64,000 nucleotides of DNA from an uncultured Gammaproteobacteria bacterium. GTDB taxonomy: Bacteria > Pseudomonadota > Gammaproteobacteria > Thiotrichales > Thiotrichaceae. The stretch is from assembly GCA_963760355.1 (NCBI GenBank), contig CAVXCT010000034.1, positions 1,311-65,310 of the forward strand. The letters run 5' to 3'. Shown here piece by piece: positions 30,152 through 40,368 of the stretch (positions are counted from its first letter, which is position 1; every line of letters begins with the position of its first letter). The translations under genes were made by a program, and so were the position numbers. The notes under the pieces are model-generated. The model was not told the DNA's origin. It searched no databases and worked only from the letters and a program-made list of their open reading frames with translations.

Positions 30152-31156
30152 GACAAATGCTGTAATTTCCTCCACAGTTTCTGCCCAGCGTTTCGTGTCT
30201 AATAAGGCAGAACGATTCATGAATGGTTTACCTTGCATACGCAGTAAACGTTGTGCTGATTCTGCGCTATGGTTAATTTTAGCATTGTCTAAAACTTCAA
30301 TTGCTCCGGCACGATTATTACAAACTAAAACCATATCGCAACCCGCATCAATTGCAGCTTCGGCGCGTTGGGCAAAATTACCCATCACCGAGGCACCTTC
30401 CATAGTTAGATCATCACTGAAAATCACACCATCAAAAAGTAATTCATTTCGCAGTACTGTTTGTAACCAGTATTGGGAAAAGCCTGCAGGTTTGTCATCT
30501 ATTTCTTTATAGATAACATGCGCTGGCATTACAGCGTCGAGACCCTGTTTAATCAAATCAGCAAAAGGAATAATATCTTCTTGCCAGATTTCTGCTCTAC
30601 TACGTTTATCCACAGGAATTTCATGGTGTGAATCCTCTAATACTGCACCATGCCCAGGAAAATGTTTACCCGTAGATGCCATCCCTGCTTCACGCATACC
30701 TTTGATATATTCTGTAGCCAATGCAGAAATGGTTTTAGGATTACGGCTAAAGGAACGATCACCTATGACTTCGCTAACACCAAAGTTGACATCGAGCACA
30801 GGAGCAAAACTGAAGTCGATATCCATTGCACGTACTTCGGCTGCCATCAACCAACCATGTGAATAGGCTTTTTTTTCTGGAGAATCTGTATTTGCTAATT
30901 GAGCTATTGCAGGGAGTTTGGTGAATTCTGGTCGAAAACGTTGTACGCGACCGCCTTCATGGTCAACACAAATCAATAAAGGTTTATCTTTTGCTGATTC
31001 CCTAACGCTACTCACTAAATGTGAAAGTTGTTCTGTGGTTTCGTAGTTTCTGGTAAAGAATATAATGCCACCTGTGAGTGGATGATTGAGTAATTCTTTT
31101 TCTTCCTGAGTGAGTTCGGTTCCAACTAAATCCAGCATTACAGGTGCGATACCCAT
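30149..31156 (-). CDS. nagZ: Beta-N-acetylhexosaminidase
   Basis: VDHEGGRVQRFR, KHFPGHG, DSH, FSDDLTMEGA. Confidence 0.96.
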   Translation of the reverse strand: MGIAPVMLDLVGTELTQEEKELLNHPLTGGIIFFTRNYETTEQLSHLVSSVRESAKDKPLLICVDHEGGRVQRFRPEFTKLPAIAQLANTDSPEKKAYSHGWLMAAEVRAMDIDFSFAPVLDVNFGVSEVIGDRSFSRNPKTISALATEYIKGMREAGMASTGKHFPGHGAVLEDSHHEIPVDKRSRAEIWQEDIIPFADLIKQGLDAVMPAHVIYKEIDDKPAGFSQYWLQTVLRNELLFDGVIFSDDLTMEGASVMGNFAQRAEAAIDAGCDMVLVCNNRAGAIEVLDNAKINHSAESAQRLLRMQGKPFMNRSALLDTKRWAETVEEITAFV

Positions 31157-31448
31157 TTTATTCCCCTTTTTATACTTGTTTTGCTTCGTTTATTATACAA
31201 ACTTTGATTAATTTCTATTCATTAAATATCTATATCTTTAACTATCTTTCAATTTTAGTTAATATTTGATCCAGCATCTAATAGTTATCTACCCAAGATT
31301 TAATAGGCAACCTATCCATGAATAGATATTTTGGTTTTTAGTGATAGTTACCAGTTGCATTTGCTATATTAGCATATTAGTATATCGTTAAATTAGGTTT
31401 TACTACTAATTCCCCCGTTTACTTTAATTACACGCTAGGAGTTTTAAA

Positions 31449-32168
31449 ATGAAATTACAAATCGCTACTTTCGCAGCAATAATGGCACTATCAGGAACAG
31501 CATCAGCAGACTGGTTTGATGGTTTTAACGATGGTTCTGGTTCTGGTTCTGGTTATGGAAATGCAGCTGGAAATTCTTCAGGTGCAGGAAATGCAGCTGG
31601 CAACACATCAGGTTATGGTCAAGGCTGGGGAACTGGTAAAGGCGATGCAGACGGTGAAGTTGACTTTAGCATTACGTTTAAGGGTAAAGGTAGAACGGAT
31701 ATGGATACTGCTGGTAACCTAACCGGTAGCGGTCAAGGTGCAGGTAACACTGCTGGAAACTGGTATGGTGACGGCAACACTGCTGGTAGCTTTGTAGGTG
31801 ATGGTTACGGTCGCGGTAATAACGATGGTTATGGATCAAACAGGCCATGGGGTGGCAATAACAACATGCCTTGGGGTAACAACTATAATCGTAATCGTGG
31901 TTATGCTCCACAGATGCAAATGCCACAACAGCGCATGATGCGCCCACAAATGCAAATGCCTCAGCAGCGTATGATGGCTCCTGCTTATGCAGCACCGAAT
32001 TTTGATCAAATGCAAGCTCAAATGGAAGCTCAGCGTAAGCAATATGAAGCTTTCGCAAAGCAAATTGCTGCACAACAACAAGCTATGGCTCAAGCTCAAC
32101 AGAAAGCTCAAGCTCCTGCAGCAAATACTGCGGCACCAGAGACTCCTGCTCCTGCTAAAGCTGAGTAA
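31449..32168 (+). CDS. Secreted Gly/Asn/Gln-rich protein, sulfur globule protein (SgpA/B)-like
   Basis: Signal peptide ending ASA-DWF; Gly-rich; GDADGEVDFSITFKGKG; YGRG; PWG repeats; PQMQMPQQRMM twice; Ala/Pro tail. Confidence 0.55.
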   Translation: MKLQIATFAAIMALSGTASADWFDGFNDGSGSGSGYGNAAGNSSGAGNAAGNTSGYGQGWGTGKGDADGEVDFSITFKGKGRTDMDTAGNLTGSGQGAGNTAGNWYGDGNTAGSFVGDGYGRGNNDGYGSNRPWGGNNNMPWGNNYNRNRGYAPQMQMPQQRMMRPQMQMPQQRMMAPAYAAPNFDQMQAQMEAQRKQYEAFAKQIAAQQQAMAQAQQKAQAPAANTAAPETPAPAKAE

Positions 32169-32194
32169 CACCTGGATTAGCTTATAAGGTCACT

Positions 32195-32227
32195 AGCCGC
32201 CAAACATAAATGTTTGGCGGCTTTTTT
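32195..32227 (+). terminator. Intrinsic terminator
   Basis: agccgccaaacat-aa-atgtttggcggct followed by a T-run. Confidence 0.9.
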
Positions 32228-32409
32228 GTGTCTGTTAGAAGTTTAAAAGGAATAAAACTTTAGCTGTAAATTACTTAATCTTTATTATCTTTACCGTTAC
32301 GCGATAAGGATTATCCGCTTATCAGTGTCTCGGGATATTTATAGATTTGCATCTGTCAATATATCAGTATAGAAAACTAATTATAAATAATAATCATTAT
32401 AAGGAGATT

Positions 32410-32943
32410 ATGATGTCTAGAAATTACAATATTATGAATATGCAATTTAAAAATCATACTCTACAAAGATACAGCGAAGTAGATCTATTCTCTACTGACG
32501 GAAGAATCGGTAGAAAGCGTTATTTTCTGTATTCTGTAATACTTCCTTTTATTATATTTTGGAGTTTTGCAAGTATAGCCGGTGTACTGGTGCACATGGG
32601 AAGCGCTGCAACTAGTGCTTCATATACAATTCTGGGTTTAGCGATGTTGGCTATGTTTTTTATGCTTGTCCGTTTAACCATACAACGTTGTCATGACTTT
32701 AATCAATCTGGCTGGTTATCAGTACTTGCCGTGATCCCGTTTACAAACATTGTATTTGCCTTGATCCCAGGCACTAATGGATTAAATCAGTATGGCGAAG
32801 TACCAGAACCAGCGAACAAAGCAACTAATGTATTATTTTATTTATTACTTATAGTACTAGCAACTCTAGCTGCTGTGCTTTTATATCAGTTTTTTAAAGG
32901 GCCAGTTTTTAATGGTGTGATAGATAATTTGTTCACGTTCTAA
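32410..32943 (+). CDS. DUF805-family inner membrane protein
   Basis: FSTDGRIGRKRYF, TIQRCHDFNQSGW, PGTNGLNQYG; start placed at MMSRN. Confidence 0.85.
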   Translation: MMSRNYNIMNMQFKNHTLQRYSEVDLFSTDGRIGRKRYFLYSVILPFIIFWSFASIAGVLVHMGSAATSASYTILGLAMLAMFFMLVRLTIQRCHDFNQSGWLSVLAVIPFTNIVFALIPGTNGLNQYGEVPEPANKATNVLFYLLLIVLATLAAVLLYQFFKGPVFNGVIDNLFTF

Positions 32944-35900
32944 TTAAAAACAATCTCTTAAGTAATGATTTAATATCTTCAACGATTAGATAGAAAGTTG
33001 GAATCAATAATAAAGTAAGCATTGTCGCAAACAATATTCCAAAACCTAACGATACAGCCATAGGAATTAAAAACTGTGCTTGAGTACTCTTCTCAAGGAT
33101 TAATGGCGTCAAACCAGCAAAAGTGGTTAAAGAAGTCAGTAGAATGGGCCTAAAACGGGCTTTTCCTGAAATTCGAATTGCCTCTGAAACAGCAACACCA
33201 CTTTTTATTTTTTTGTTTGTATAGTCGACTAGAACCAATGAATCATTTACTACAACACCAATTAGCGCTAATACTCCCATGGCACTACTAATACTCAAGC
33301 TTAATCCCATAATTGCATGGCCACCTATTGCTCCAATAATACTGAATGGTATGACGCTCATTACCATTAAAGGTTGAAAGTAAGAACCGAAAGGAATGGC
33401 TAACAGAATGTAAATTACAGTTAAAGCTATGGCAAAACCAAAAAGCAGACTAGTACCAAATTTTTTCTGTTCCCTTTGCTCACCTTCCATATCGAATGAG
33501 ATACCAGGAAATGTAGAAAGGGTGTCAGGAAACCATGTTTTTAAATCCGAAACCACTGAATTAGCTGAAATCTTATCTTTATTCAAGTCTGCGGTTACAT
33601 TTATAATCCGTTGTCTATCAACTCGAGAAATAGTTGAAGATCCTCTACCGATAATGACATCTGCTACCTCACTTAATGGTACAGACGCTCCAGTAGAAGT
33701 ACGTATCCTAAGATTTTGAAGTCCAGATAAAGAATAACGTTCGTTTTTAGGCGCACGTACCATAACTTTTATTTCAGATTGGTTTCTTTGAATTCTCTGT
33801 GATTCAGCACCAAAGATGGCATGTCGTACCTGCAAACCCAATGATGTAAGGTTCAAGCCTAATTGTTCTGCAGCAGGTTTTATTCGTAGTTGTACCTCGG
33901 CTTTACCCCCTTCATAGCTATTTTTAATATCAAACAGACCATCATATTCGCCTAATTTATCCTTTACTAAGAGTGCAACATCATTAAGTATAAGAAAATT
34001 AGTACCTGTTAGCTGAACATCGATAGGCTCTCCCCCTCTTCCTAGTTCAGCCCTAAAGCTAAGTTCTTTTACACCTGGTATAGTGCCAATTAATTTTTGC
34101 CATTCTTTAACAAGCTCTCTAGTGCTGATATTAAGCTTCCTTTCTTCAGGGGGAATTGTTTCAAAAGTTACTGAAGCTATATTCGACACACCAGTACTTC
34201 CGCTAGGTCTTCTGCCAGCATTTCCTACCGTGACTAAAATGTGCTTGATAAGGGGTTTACCTTTTTTTGGTTCGGACGTTCTTTGTGCTTTCTCAACGTT
34301 TAAAACATTTTCAATATTATTTTCTTTATTGGCTTCCTGGTATGGTTCTATATATTTTTGTTGTAATAATTCAGCACTTGATACCATTCTTTGCACATAT
34401 TTTTCGGTAACTTCCAGTGCTGTTCCTTCCGGCATTTCTATAGTTGCTGAGACGATTTCGCTTTCTATGCGGGGGAAAAAAGTATATTTATACCTACCGG
34501 TTGTTACTAAAGTAATGGTCGTTATCAATACGGCAATAAAAATGGAAAGTGTTAAATAACGAAAATTCAGGCTAATATTTAAAAAGGGCCCATATACTTT
34601 ATCAATAAACCAGACCAGGCTCTGTGCAATGGCTCTTTGCATTCTTGTAAAAATATTTAAGTTATCAGAATCTTTACGTAACTTCATATGACGTAAATGT
34701 GAAGGCAGAACAAGCTTAGATTCAATTAATGAGAATAAAAGAACTGGAATAACAACCATCGGAATTTGAGCAAATATTGGACCACGATCTCCATCAATTA
34801 ATAATAAAGGCAAAAAGGCAGCAACAGTTGTTAACACCCCAAATGTGACTGGGACGGCTATCTCCTTAGTACCTTCGATGGCAGCTTTATAGGGGTTCCC
34901 GGTTCTTTGTAAGTGAGAATAAACATTCTCACCTGTTACAATAGCATCATCAACTACAATACCAAGCACAAGAATAAAACCAAACATACTGACTAGATTT
35001 AAAGTCATGCCAAGTTGCGGCATGACTGCTAGAGCACCAAGGAAACTAATAGGAATTCCTACACTAACCCAAAAGGCCAAGTCTGGTCTTAGAAATAATG
35101 CCAAGAGTAATAATACAAGACCAATACCCTGCACTAAGCTTTTGCTTAAGGTATTTAAACGTGCTTTTACAGTTTTGGAGCTATCCCTCCAGTAGGTTAA
35201 ATATAGTCCAGCAGGTAAGCTTTCCATACGGCTATTAATGAAATCTTTTACAGTGTTAGCTAGTTGAATGGCATTTTGATCCCCAACTCGGGCAACATTG
35301 ATAAACGCTGCTTTTTTTCCATCAAATTCACTATAAAGGGGATCTTCATTAAAGCCATCATTGATTTCGGCAATTTCATCAAGACGGATACTGGTCCCGT
35401 TTCTTTTACTAATGACTTTTATACTGGCGAAATCATCTTTCTTATATGCTTGCCCTAGTGCCCTCACCAATATATCTCCGGATTGGGTTTTTATCGTTCC
35501 ACCTGGAATATCTCGGGAAGCATTACGAATCACTGAAGCGATATCATCAAGTGTTAAATCATATTGCCTTAACATTGCTTCTGGCACATTAATACTGATT
35601 TCCCATGGTCGAATACCGCCCATAGAAACTTGCGTCACATTGGGTAAACTTCTTATTTCATCACGAATTATTTCTGTATTTCTGCGCAACGAAACTTCAT
35701 CTAGATTATCCTGGTAAAGAACAACTGTTATCACTTCTCTTGTTCTAATCAATTGCTCTACTGTCGGTCGCTCTGCATTTTCAGGAAATGAAGAAATACC
35801 ATCGATTCTGGTCTTTATTTCATTAAGTAGTTTGGTCGTATCGTATTGTTTTAATATCTCAGCTCTAACTAATGATCTTCCTTCTGATGAATCACTGTAA

Positions 35901-36202
35901 ATACGTTCTATACCCGGCAAATCACCTATAGCATCTTCAACTCGTATGGAAATTCCTTCTTCTACTTCCTGAGGTGTAGCTCCTGGATAAACGACTGTAA
36001 TGTTAACTACATCTGCTTCAAACGAAGGGAAAGTCTCAAGAGGGATTTTTTTAAAAACGGCATAAAGCCCAAAAATTATTATTGCTATCATCAGTATATT
36101 AGCAGCGACTGGATTATTGACAAACCAGGCGATAACTCCTTCTGATTTAGGAGGTTTTGTAGCTATTGCGCTGTCCCCAATGTCTAGCGAGTTATTAGCC
36201 AT
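32933..36202 (-). CDS. RND efflux transporter permease (AcrB/AcrD/AcrF family)
   Basis: 1089 aa; NPVAAN, GIVVDDAIV, GVVVNDSLV, RFRPILLTSLTT. Confidence 0.93.
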   Translation of the reverse strand: MANNSLDIGDSAIATKPPKSEGVIAWFVNNPVAANILMIAIIIFGLYAVFKKIPLETFPSFEADVVNITVVYPGATPQEVEEGISIRVEDAIGDLPGIERIYSDSSEGRSLVRAEILKQYDTTKLLNEIKTRIDGISSFPENAERPTVEQLIRTREVITVVLYQDNLDEVSLRRNTEIIRDEIRSLPNVTQVSMGGIRPWEISINVPEAMLRQYDLTLDDIASVIRNASRDIPGGTIKTQSGDILVRALGQAYKKDDFASIKVISKRNGTSIRLDEIAEINDGFNEDPLYSEFDGKKAAFINVARVGDQNAIQLANTVKDFINSRMESLPAGLYLTYWRDSSKTVKARLNTLSKSLVQGIGLVLLLLALFLRPDLAFWVSVGIPISFLGALAVMPQLGMTLNLVSMFGFILVLGIVVDDAIVTGENVYSHLQRTGNPYKAAIEGTKEIAVPVTFGVLTTVAAFLPLLLIDGDRGPIFAQIPMVVIPVLLFSLIESKLVLPSHLRHMKLRKDSDNLNIFTRMQRAIAQSLVWFIDKVYGPFLNISLNFRYLTLSIFIAVLITTITLVTTGRYKYTFFPRIESEIVSATIEMPEGTALEVTEKYVQRMVSSAELLQQKYIEPYQEANKENNIENVLNVEKAQRTSEPKKGKPLIKHILVTVGNAGRRPSGSTGVSNIASVTFETIPPEERKLNISTRELVKEWQKLIGTIPGVKELSFRAELGRGGEPIDVQLTGTNFLILNDVALLVKDKLGEYDGLFDIKNSYEGGKAEVQLRIKPAAEQLGLNLTSLGLQVRHAIFGAESQRIQRNQSEIKVMVRAPKNERYSLSGLQNLRIRTSTGASVPLSEVADVIIGRGSSTISRVDRQRIINVTADLNKDKISANSVVSDLKTWFPDTLSTFPGISFDMEGEQREQKKFGTSLLFGFAIALTVIYILLAIPFGSYFQPLMVMSVIPFSIIGAIGGHAIMGLSLSISSAMGVLALIGVVVNDSLVLVDYTNKKIKSGVAVSEAIRISGKARFRPILLTSLTTFAGLTPLILEKSTQAQFLIPMAVSLGFGILFATMLTLLLIPTFYLIVEDIKSLLKRLFLIRT

Positions 36203-37576
36203 TTATTTCTTTTCGCCTTTATTCTTTTGTTCTTTAGAGTCAGGGTATTGTGAGCTATTTTTTGACTTACCAAGCGCTTGTTTCTTATCTAAACTATTTT
36301 GTTGTTCCAGGGTAATGGCTTCCATACCATCAATCGCTTGAGTCAAATTAGTCGTAACAATTTGCTTCCCGATAAATTCAGGATTGGCCTCGACAACTGC
36401 TTCAGCAGTGGTATTCCATAACACCTTGACTGGTTCTATTTTAATCTTGCCATCTTCCAGAATTCTTATTTCACGGTTATATACAACGGCTATTGAGGGT
36501 AGTACAAAAACACTGTTAAAGGTCCTACCCTTAATTTTAGCTTTTAAATATTGGCCAATACGAATAGGAGTAGAAATGCCTTCTTTGGCTTCATAAGGAT
36601 CATCCACACGTACTATGACGTTAATTTGTCTGCTTGCAGCATCCAAAGCTGCGCTCGTGCGAACAACACGCCCTATCCATTTATCATTCTTAACGCTATC
36701 AGGATTGCTAAGAATAACTTCAGGTAAGTCCTTAGTATCTATGCTTTTGTTGCGGAAAGCTTCAGGCATGCCCAGTAATTCGTACTGATTTAATGATAAA
36801 GGTAATACCACATTGACATAATCAGTTGCGTAAATTTCACCCAAAACTGTACCAACAGAAACATATTGACCAAAATCCACATTTTTCGTTAGTACTCTGC
36901 CTCTGTAAGGGGCACTTACCTGGGTGCGGGAGAGATTTAAAGTCTCTTGTTTTAACCTTGCATTTGTAGAATTGATTTTAGCCTGGGTAGCATTTCTTTT
37001 ACTGGCAAAGGTAGTTTGTAAGCCTCTAAGATTCTGTAGTTGTTGTTGTAATTGATTGATTTTTTGATCTTCTGCGTCAACCAGCGAGCGTGAAATAAGT
37101 TTTTTATTAAGTAGTGATTTGACTCGAGCTAATTCCTTTTTACCCAATGCCAGATTTTGTTGGGCAAGTTGAATCGACTGTTTATTACTATCTTCTTCCG
37201 CTTTTATTTGTTTTAGGCTGGCTTCATTAGCGGCCACATCACTTTTAGCGATTTCAACTGAATTAAGGTAATTTGATTTATCGATTTCTAATAAGGCCTG
37301 GCCCTTTTCAAAGTAATTACCTTCCAGAAAATTGTCTGAAATATCAACTATTCGTCCTGACACTTCAGCGACTAGATTTGTTTGTGTGCCAGCATTGACT
37401 GTTCCGGACGCTTCAATATTAACGGTATATTGGGTAGGTTTAAGTGTTTCTACTTCTACGACTGTTAGACGTTTAACGAAGGGTCTTTTACTTGCTTCGG
37501 GTGCGGTTTCTTTAAGGTGTTTGGCGTAGGTAAAGGCTGCTGCCAGGACAAGGATAGGTAGAATAATTTTTAACAT
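36203..37576 (-). CDS. RND efflux periplasmic adaptor (MFP)
   Basis: N-terminal anchor, AEVSGRI, long coiled coil, APYRGRV; directly upstream of the permease. Confidence 0.92.
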   Translation of the reverse strand: MLKIILPILVLAAAFTYAKHLKETAPEASKRPFVKRLTVVEVETLKPTQYTVNIEASGTVNAGTQTNLVAEVSGRIVDISDNFLEGNYFEKGQALLEIDKSNYLNSVEIAKSDVAANEASLKQIKAEEDSNKQSIQLAQQNLALGKKELARVKSLLNKKLISRSLVDAEDQKINQLQQQLQNLRGLQTTFASKRNATQAKINSTNARLKQETLNLSRTQVSAPYRGRVLTKNVDFGQYVSVGTVLGEIYATDYVNVVLPLSLNQYELLGMPEAFRNKSIDTKDLPEVILSNPDSVKNDKWIGRVVRTSAALDAASRQINVIVRVDDPYEAKEGISTPIRIGQYLKAKIKGRTFNSVFVLPSIAVVYNREIRILEDGKIKIEPVKVLWNTTAEAVVEANPEFIGKQIVTTNLTQAIDGMEAITLEQQNSLDKKQALGKSKNSSQYPDSKEQKNKGEKK

Positions 37577-37657
37577 TTAACTTCCATAGAATTATCAATA
37601 TAAACAGATGCTTTATAGGTATTTCTGTTAAATATTGTGAACCAAGGAGTTTATTGA

Positions 37658-37685
37658 CACCCCCCTACTTATAGCCAGTTTTTTT
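37658..37685 (+). repeat. REP-like arm
   Basis: 37653-37677 is identical over 25 nt to the reverse complement of 62830-62854. Confidence 0.85.
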
Positions 37686-37874
37686 ATCGTTAAATAGCTA
37701 TTTTTAAGCAAATAATTATCTGATATATAATTATTTAGTGCAATTTATCAACACTAACTATGTGTATTTACCTCAAAACTATATAAAAAACTATATAAAC
37801 GTCTTGATAAAGTTGATTTTGCATTGCAACATACCCGCAAATAAATAATAGCTTAGACGAGTACATCATAATCC

Positions 37875-38663
37875 ATGAAAATAGCTCTTTGTCTTTTATT
37901 ACAAATTTTTACATTTACTATTTACGCTGATGATATAGATTTATTCATCATGGCAGGTCAATCAAATATGCAAGGCTGGCGGAGTGATGCCGCTTTATAC
38001 CCTCCAGACCCAACATTCAAGGATAGTGAGATTCTGTTTTATTTTGAAGCGTTAAATTATGGTTCCTCAAATAAACATTGGAAAACATTAGGTCCTCAAA
38101 TAGGCCACTTTCAAAAAGGTCATTTTGGACCTGAAGTCAGTTTTGCTAGATCACTATTACAATTGAACATGCGTCCTGCAATTTTTAAATACAGTTCAGG
38201 AGGCTCCAGCATAAAAAATGATTGGAAAGCACCCGGTCAAAATGGCTTGTATGATGATATGGTACGTAATCTTAATAAAGCGATACATGAGCTTAAAAAT
38301 CAAGGGCATACCGTCACACCAAGAGCGTTTGTCTGGATTCAGGGCGAGAGTGATGCTAATGACCTCTATTTGGCAAAAGAGTATCACTGGCGCTTAAACA
38401 ATTTATTAAAGAACATGCGCAATCATGTGTTACGAGACCCAACACTACCGGTGATACTAAGTGTTGATGAACAACACCCCCGAGTTCGGATACATCCAGA
38501 AGTCGTAGAAGCACAAAAGCAATTAGCTAATAATGACCCCTCCATTACCTTTATGTCTATGAATGGATTAGAAAAATATGATGTTACCCACCTAACCGCT
38601 AAGGGTACGATAAACCAAGGGGAACGTCTTTTTCTGATGTATAAATTAGCCGTTGTTTACTAA
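37875..38663 (+). CDS. Secreted sialate O-acetylesterase-like (SASA/SGNH) hydrolase
   Basis: FIMAGQSNM, FGPEVSFA, WIQGESDA, D..H catalytic motif; signal peptide. Confidence 0.85.
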   Translation: MKIALCLLLQIFTFTIYADDIDLFIMAGQSNMQGWRSDAALYPPDPTFKDSEILFYFEALNYGSSNKHWKTLGPQIGHFQKGHFGPEVSFARSLLQLNMRPAIFKYSSGGSSIKNDWKAPGQNGLYDDMVRNLNKAIHELKNQGHTVTPRAFVWIQGESDANDLYLAKEYHWRLNNLLKNMRNHVLRDPTLPVILSVDEQHPRVRIHPEVVEAQKQLANNDPSITFMSMNGLEKYDVTHLTAKGTINQGERLFLMYKLAVVY

Positions 38664-38749
38664 CCGCTTATCTAGTGATTCTTTACCCCCTTCTTTAGGT
38701 AGAATAAAATCGTTCTAAGGTAAAATAATAATAAAATTGGGGTATAACA

Positions 38750-39361
38750 ATGAAGTCCTTAAAGAAATCCGTGATACTGCTCGGATTAATCTCTATCGTT
38801 TCTTTATCTTTTGCTGATCTACCAAAAGAATTTGATTATAAAAAAGCATCAACCAATTATGTTGATAATACTACTGGCGGTTTTGGATCTGTATCAAATC
38901 CTTATTTCTTTGGTGGATCGATTGGTGCATCTGAAGGTAGCAGTTATTGTTCTGGTGAATTTAACTGTGAAGATACAGATACAGCATGGAAAGTATTTGG
39001 TGGATACAAATTCACAGATAAGCTAAGCGTAGAAGGTGCTTATATGAATTTAGGTGATATCCATAAAAACGGTGAAAATTCTGATGTGAGCGCACTATCA
39101 GCTTATGGTGTTGGGACTCTTCCAGTCACGGAACAGTTTGATGTATTTGGTAAAATTGGAGCTTCTCGCTGGAGTAGTGACAATACTAATGGTAGCACTA
39201 GTGGTTTTGGTGCCAGTTATGGTGTCGGTGCTAAAATGAATATCAATGAGAACACTAAACTTCGTGCTGAGTGGGAAAATGTTTTGGATATAGAAACTTC
39301 TGATTCTGATTCCACAGATGTAAATATGTTGAGTGTCGGTATTGAATTATCAACCTTCTAA
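38750..39361 (+). CDS. Outer-membrane beta-barrel protein (OmpA-like transmembrane domain)
   Basis: Signal peptide; alternating strands, VFGGYKF, VEGAYMNLG, LRAEWE; terminal Phe. Confidence 0.85.
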   Translation: MKSLKKSVILLGLISIVSLSFADLPKEFDYKKASTNYVDNTTGGFGSVSNPYFFGGSIGASEGSSYCSGEFNCEDTDTAWKVFGGYKFTDKLSVEGAYMNLGDIHKNGENSDVSALSAYGVGTLPVTEQFDVFGKIGASRWSSDNTNGSTSGFGASYGVGAKMNINENTKLRAEWENVLDIETSDSDSTDVNMLSVGIELSTF

Positions 39362-39380
39362 ATAATTATATAATTAACAC

Positions 39381-39410
39381 AAAAAAGGCAGCTTTTAGGC
39401 TGCCTTTTTT
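39381..39410. terminator. Bidirectional intrinsic terminator
   Basis: aaaaaaggcagc-tttta-ggctgcctttttt between convergent genes. Confidence 0.88.
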
Positions 39411-39441
39411 AATGATATTCGATAGTGATTACCTTGAAATA

Positions 39442-39813
39442 TTACTCAGGGCTAAATGATGATCCACAACCACAGGTAGTTTTTGCATTGGGGTTACGTA
39501 TCACAAATTGCGAACCTTCAAGGCCTTCTGTGTAATCTATATCAGCACCTACTAGATATTGAAAACTCATTGGGTCGATCAATAATTTAACACCATTTTT
39601 CTCAACTGTCGTATCTCCATCATTGATACTCTCATCGAAAGTGAAGCCATATTGAAAACCTGAACAACCTCCGCCAGATACAAACACTCGTAGCTTTAGA
39701 TTGTCATTTTGTTCTTCATCAATCAATCCTTTTACTTTATTAGCAGCTGCATCTGTAAAATTTAAAATGGGAGCTGCACTTGCTGTTTCTATTGTAGCGG
39801 TTTCTGTTGTCAT
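39442..39813 (-). CDS. erpA: Fe-S cluster insertion protein ErpA
   Basis: [31 protein letters not shown]. Confidence 0.95.
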   Translation of the reverse strand: MTTETATIETASAAPILNFTDAAANKVKGLIDEEQNDNLKLRVFVSGGGCSGFQYGFTFDESINDGDTTVEKNGVKLLIDPMSFQYLVGADIDYTEGLEGSQFVIRNPNAKTTCGCGSSFSPE

Positions 39814-39967
39814 GATATTAACCTTGATAAAAATCGTTTAACTTTATTTATTTAAATATGTTTAGAATATTGTATTAGTTTACCCTAAATTAGCTCATAA
39901 ACTAAATTAACCATATCTTTCTAATGATATAGAATAGTGATGAATTGATAGTATTAATTGGGCAATA

Positions 39968-40339
39968 CTAATCAGCATCTTGCCTGATTAGTTTGCCATT
40001 AACTTCCGCGCCAACAGGCAATTCTAGTTTATTGTAATGCACATCTCCATTAATGCGGGCTTTATCAAATAATTCAACCTTACCCTCAACATAAACATTG
40101 CCATCTATTTGTCCGTTGACGATTAAATGGTTGACTGTAACGTCACCGACGATTAAAGCGCCTTCACTTAAAATCAATAAGGATTCTTTTCCTTCAGAAT
40201 TAATATTCCCAATCACCGTCCCAACAATATGCATATTTCCTTCAAAGTTCATGTGGCCTTCAATAATGGTATTTGCACCCACTAATGAATCTATTTTAGC
40301 TCGGTGGATTTCGTCATATTTCTTTTTTTTTCTCAGCAT
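39968..40339 (-). CDS. Bactofilin (polymer-forming cytoskeletal protein)
   Basis: IDSLVGANTIIEG...G.I.G repeats, INGDVHY..LE...GA.VNG. Confidence 0.88.
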   Translation of the reverse strand: MLRKKKKYDEIHRAKIDSLVGANTIIEGHMNFEGNMHIVGTVIGNINSEGKESLLILSEGALIVGDVTVNHLIVNGQIDGNVYVEGKVELFDKARINGDVHYNKLELPVGAEVNGKLIRQDAD

Positions 40340-40368
40340 ATTATTTCCTGAATCATTTGCTATCTTTA

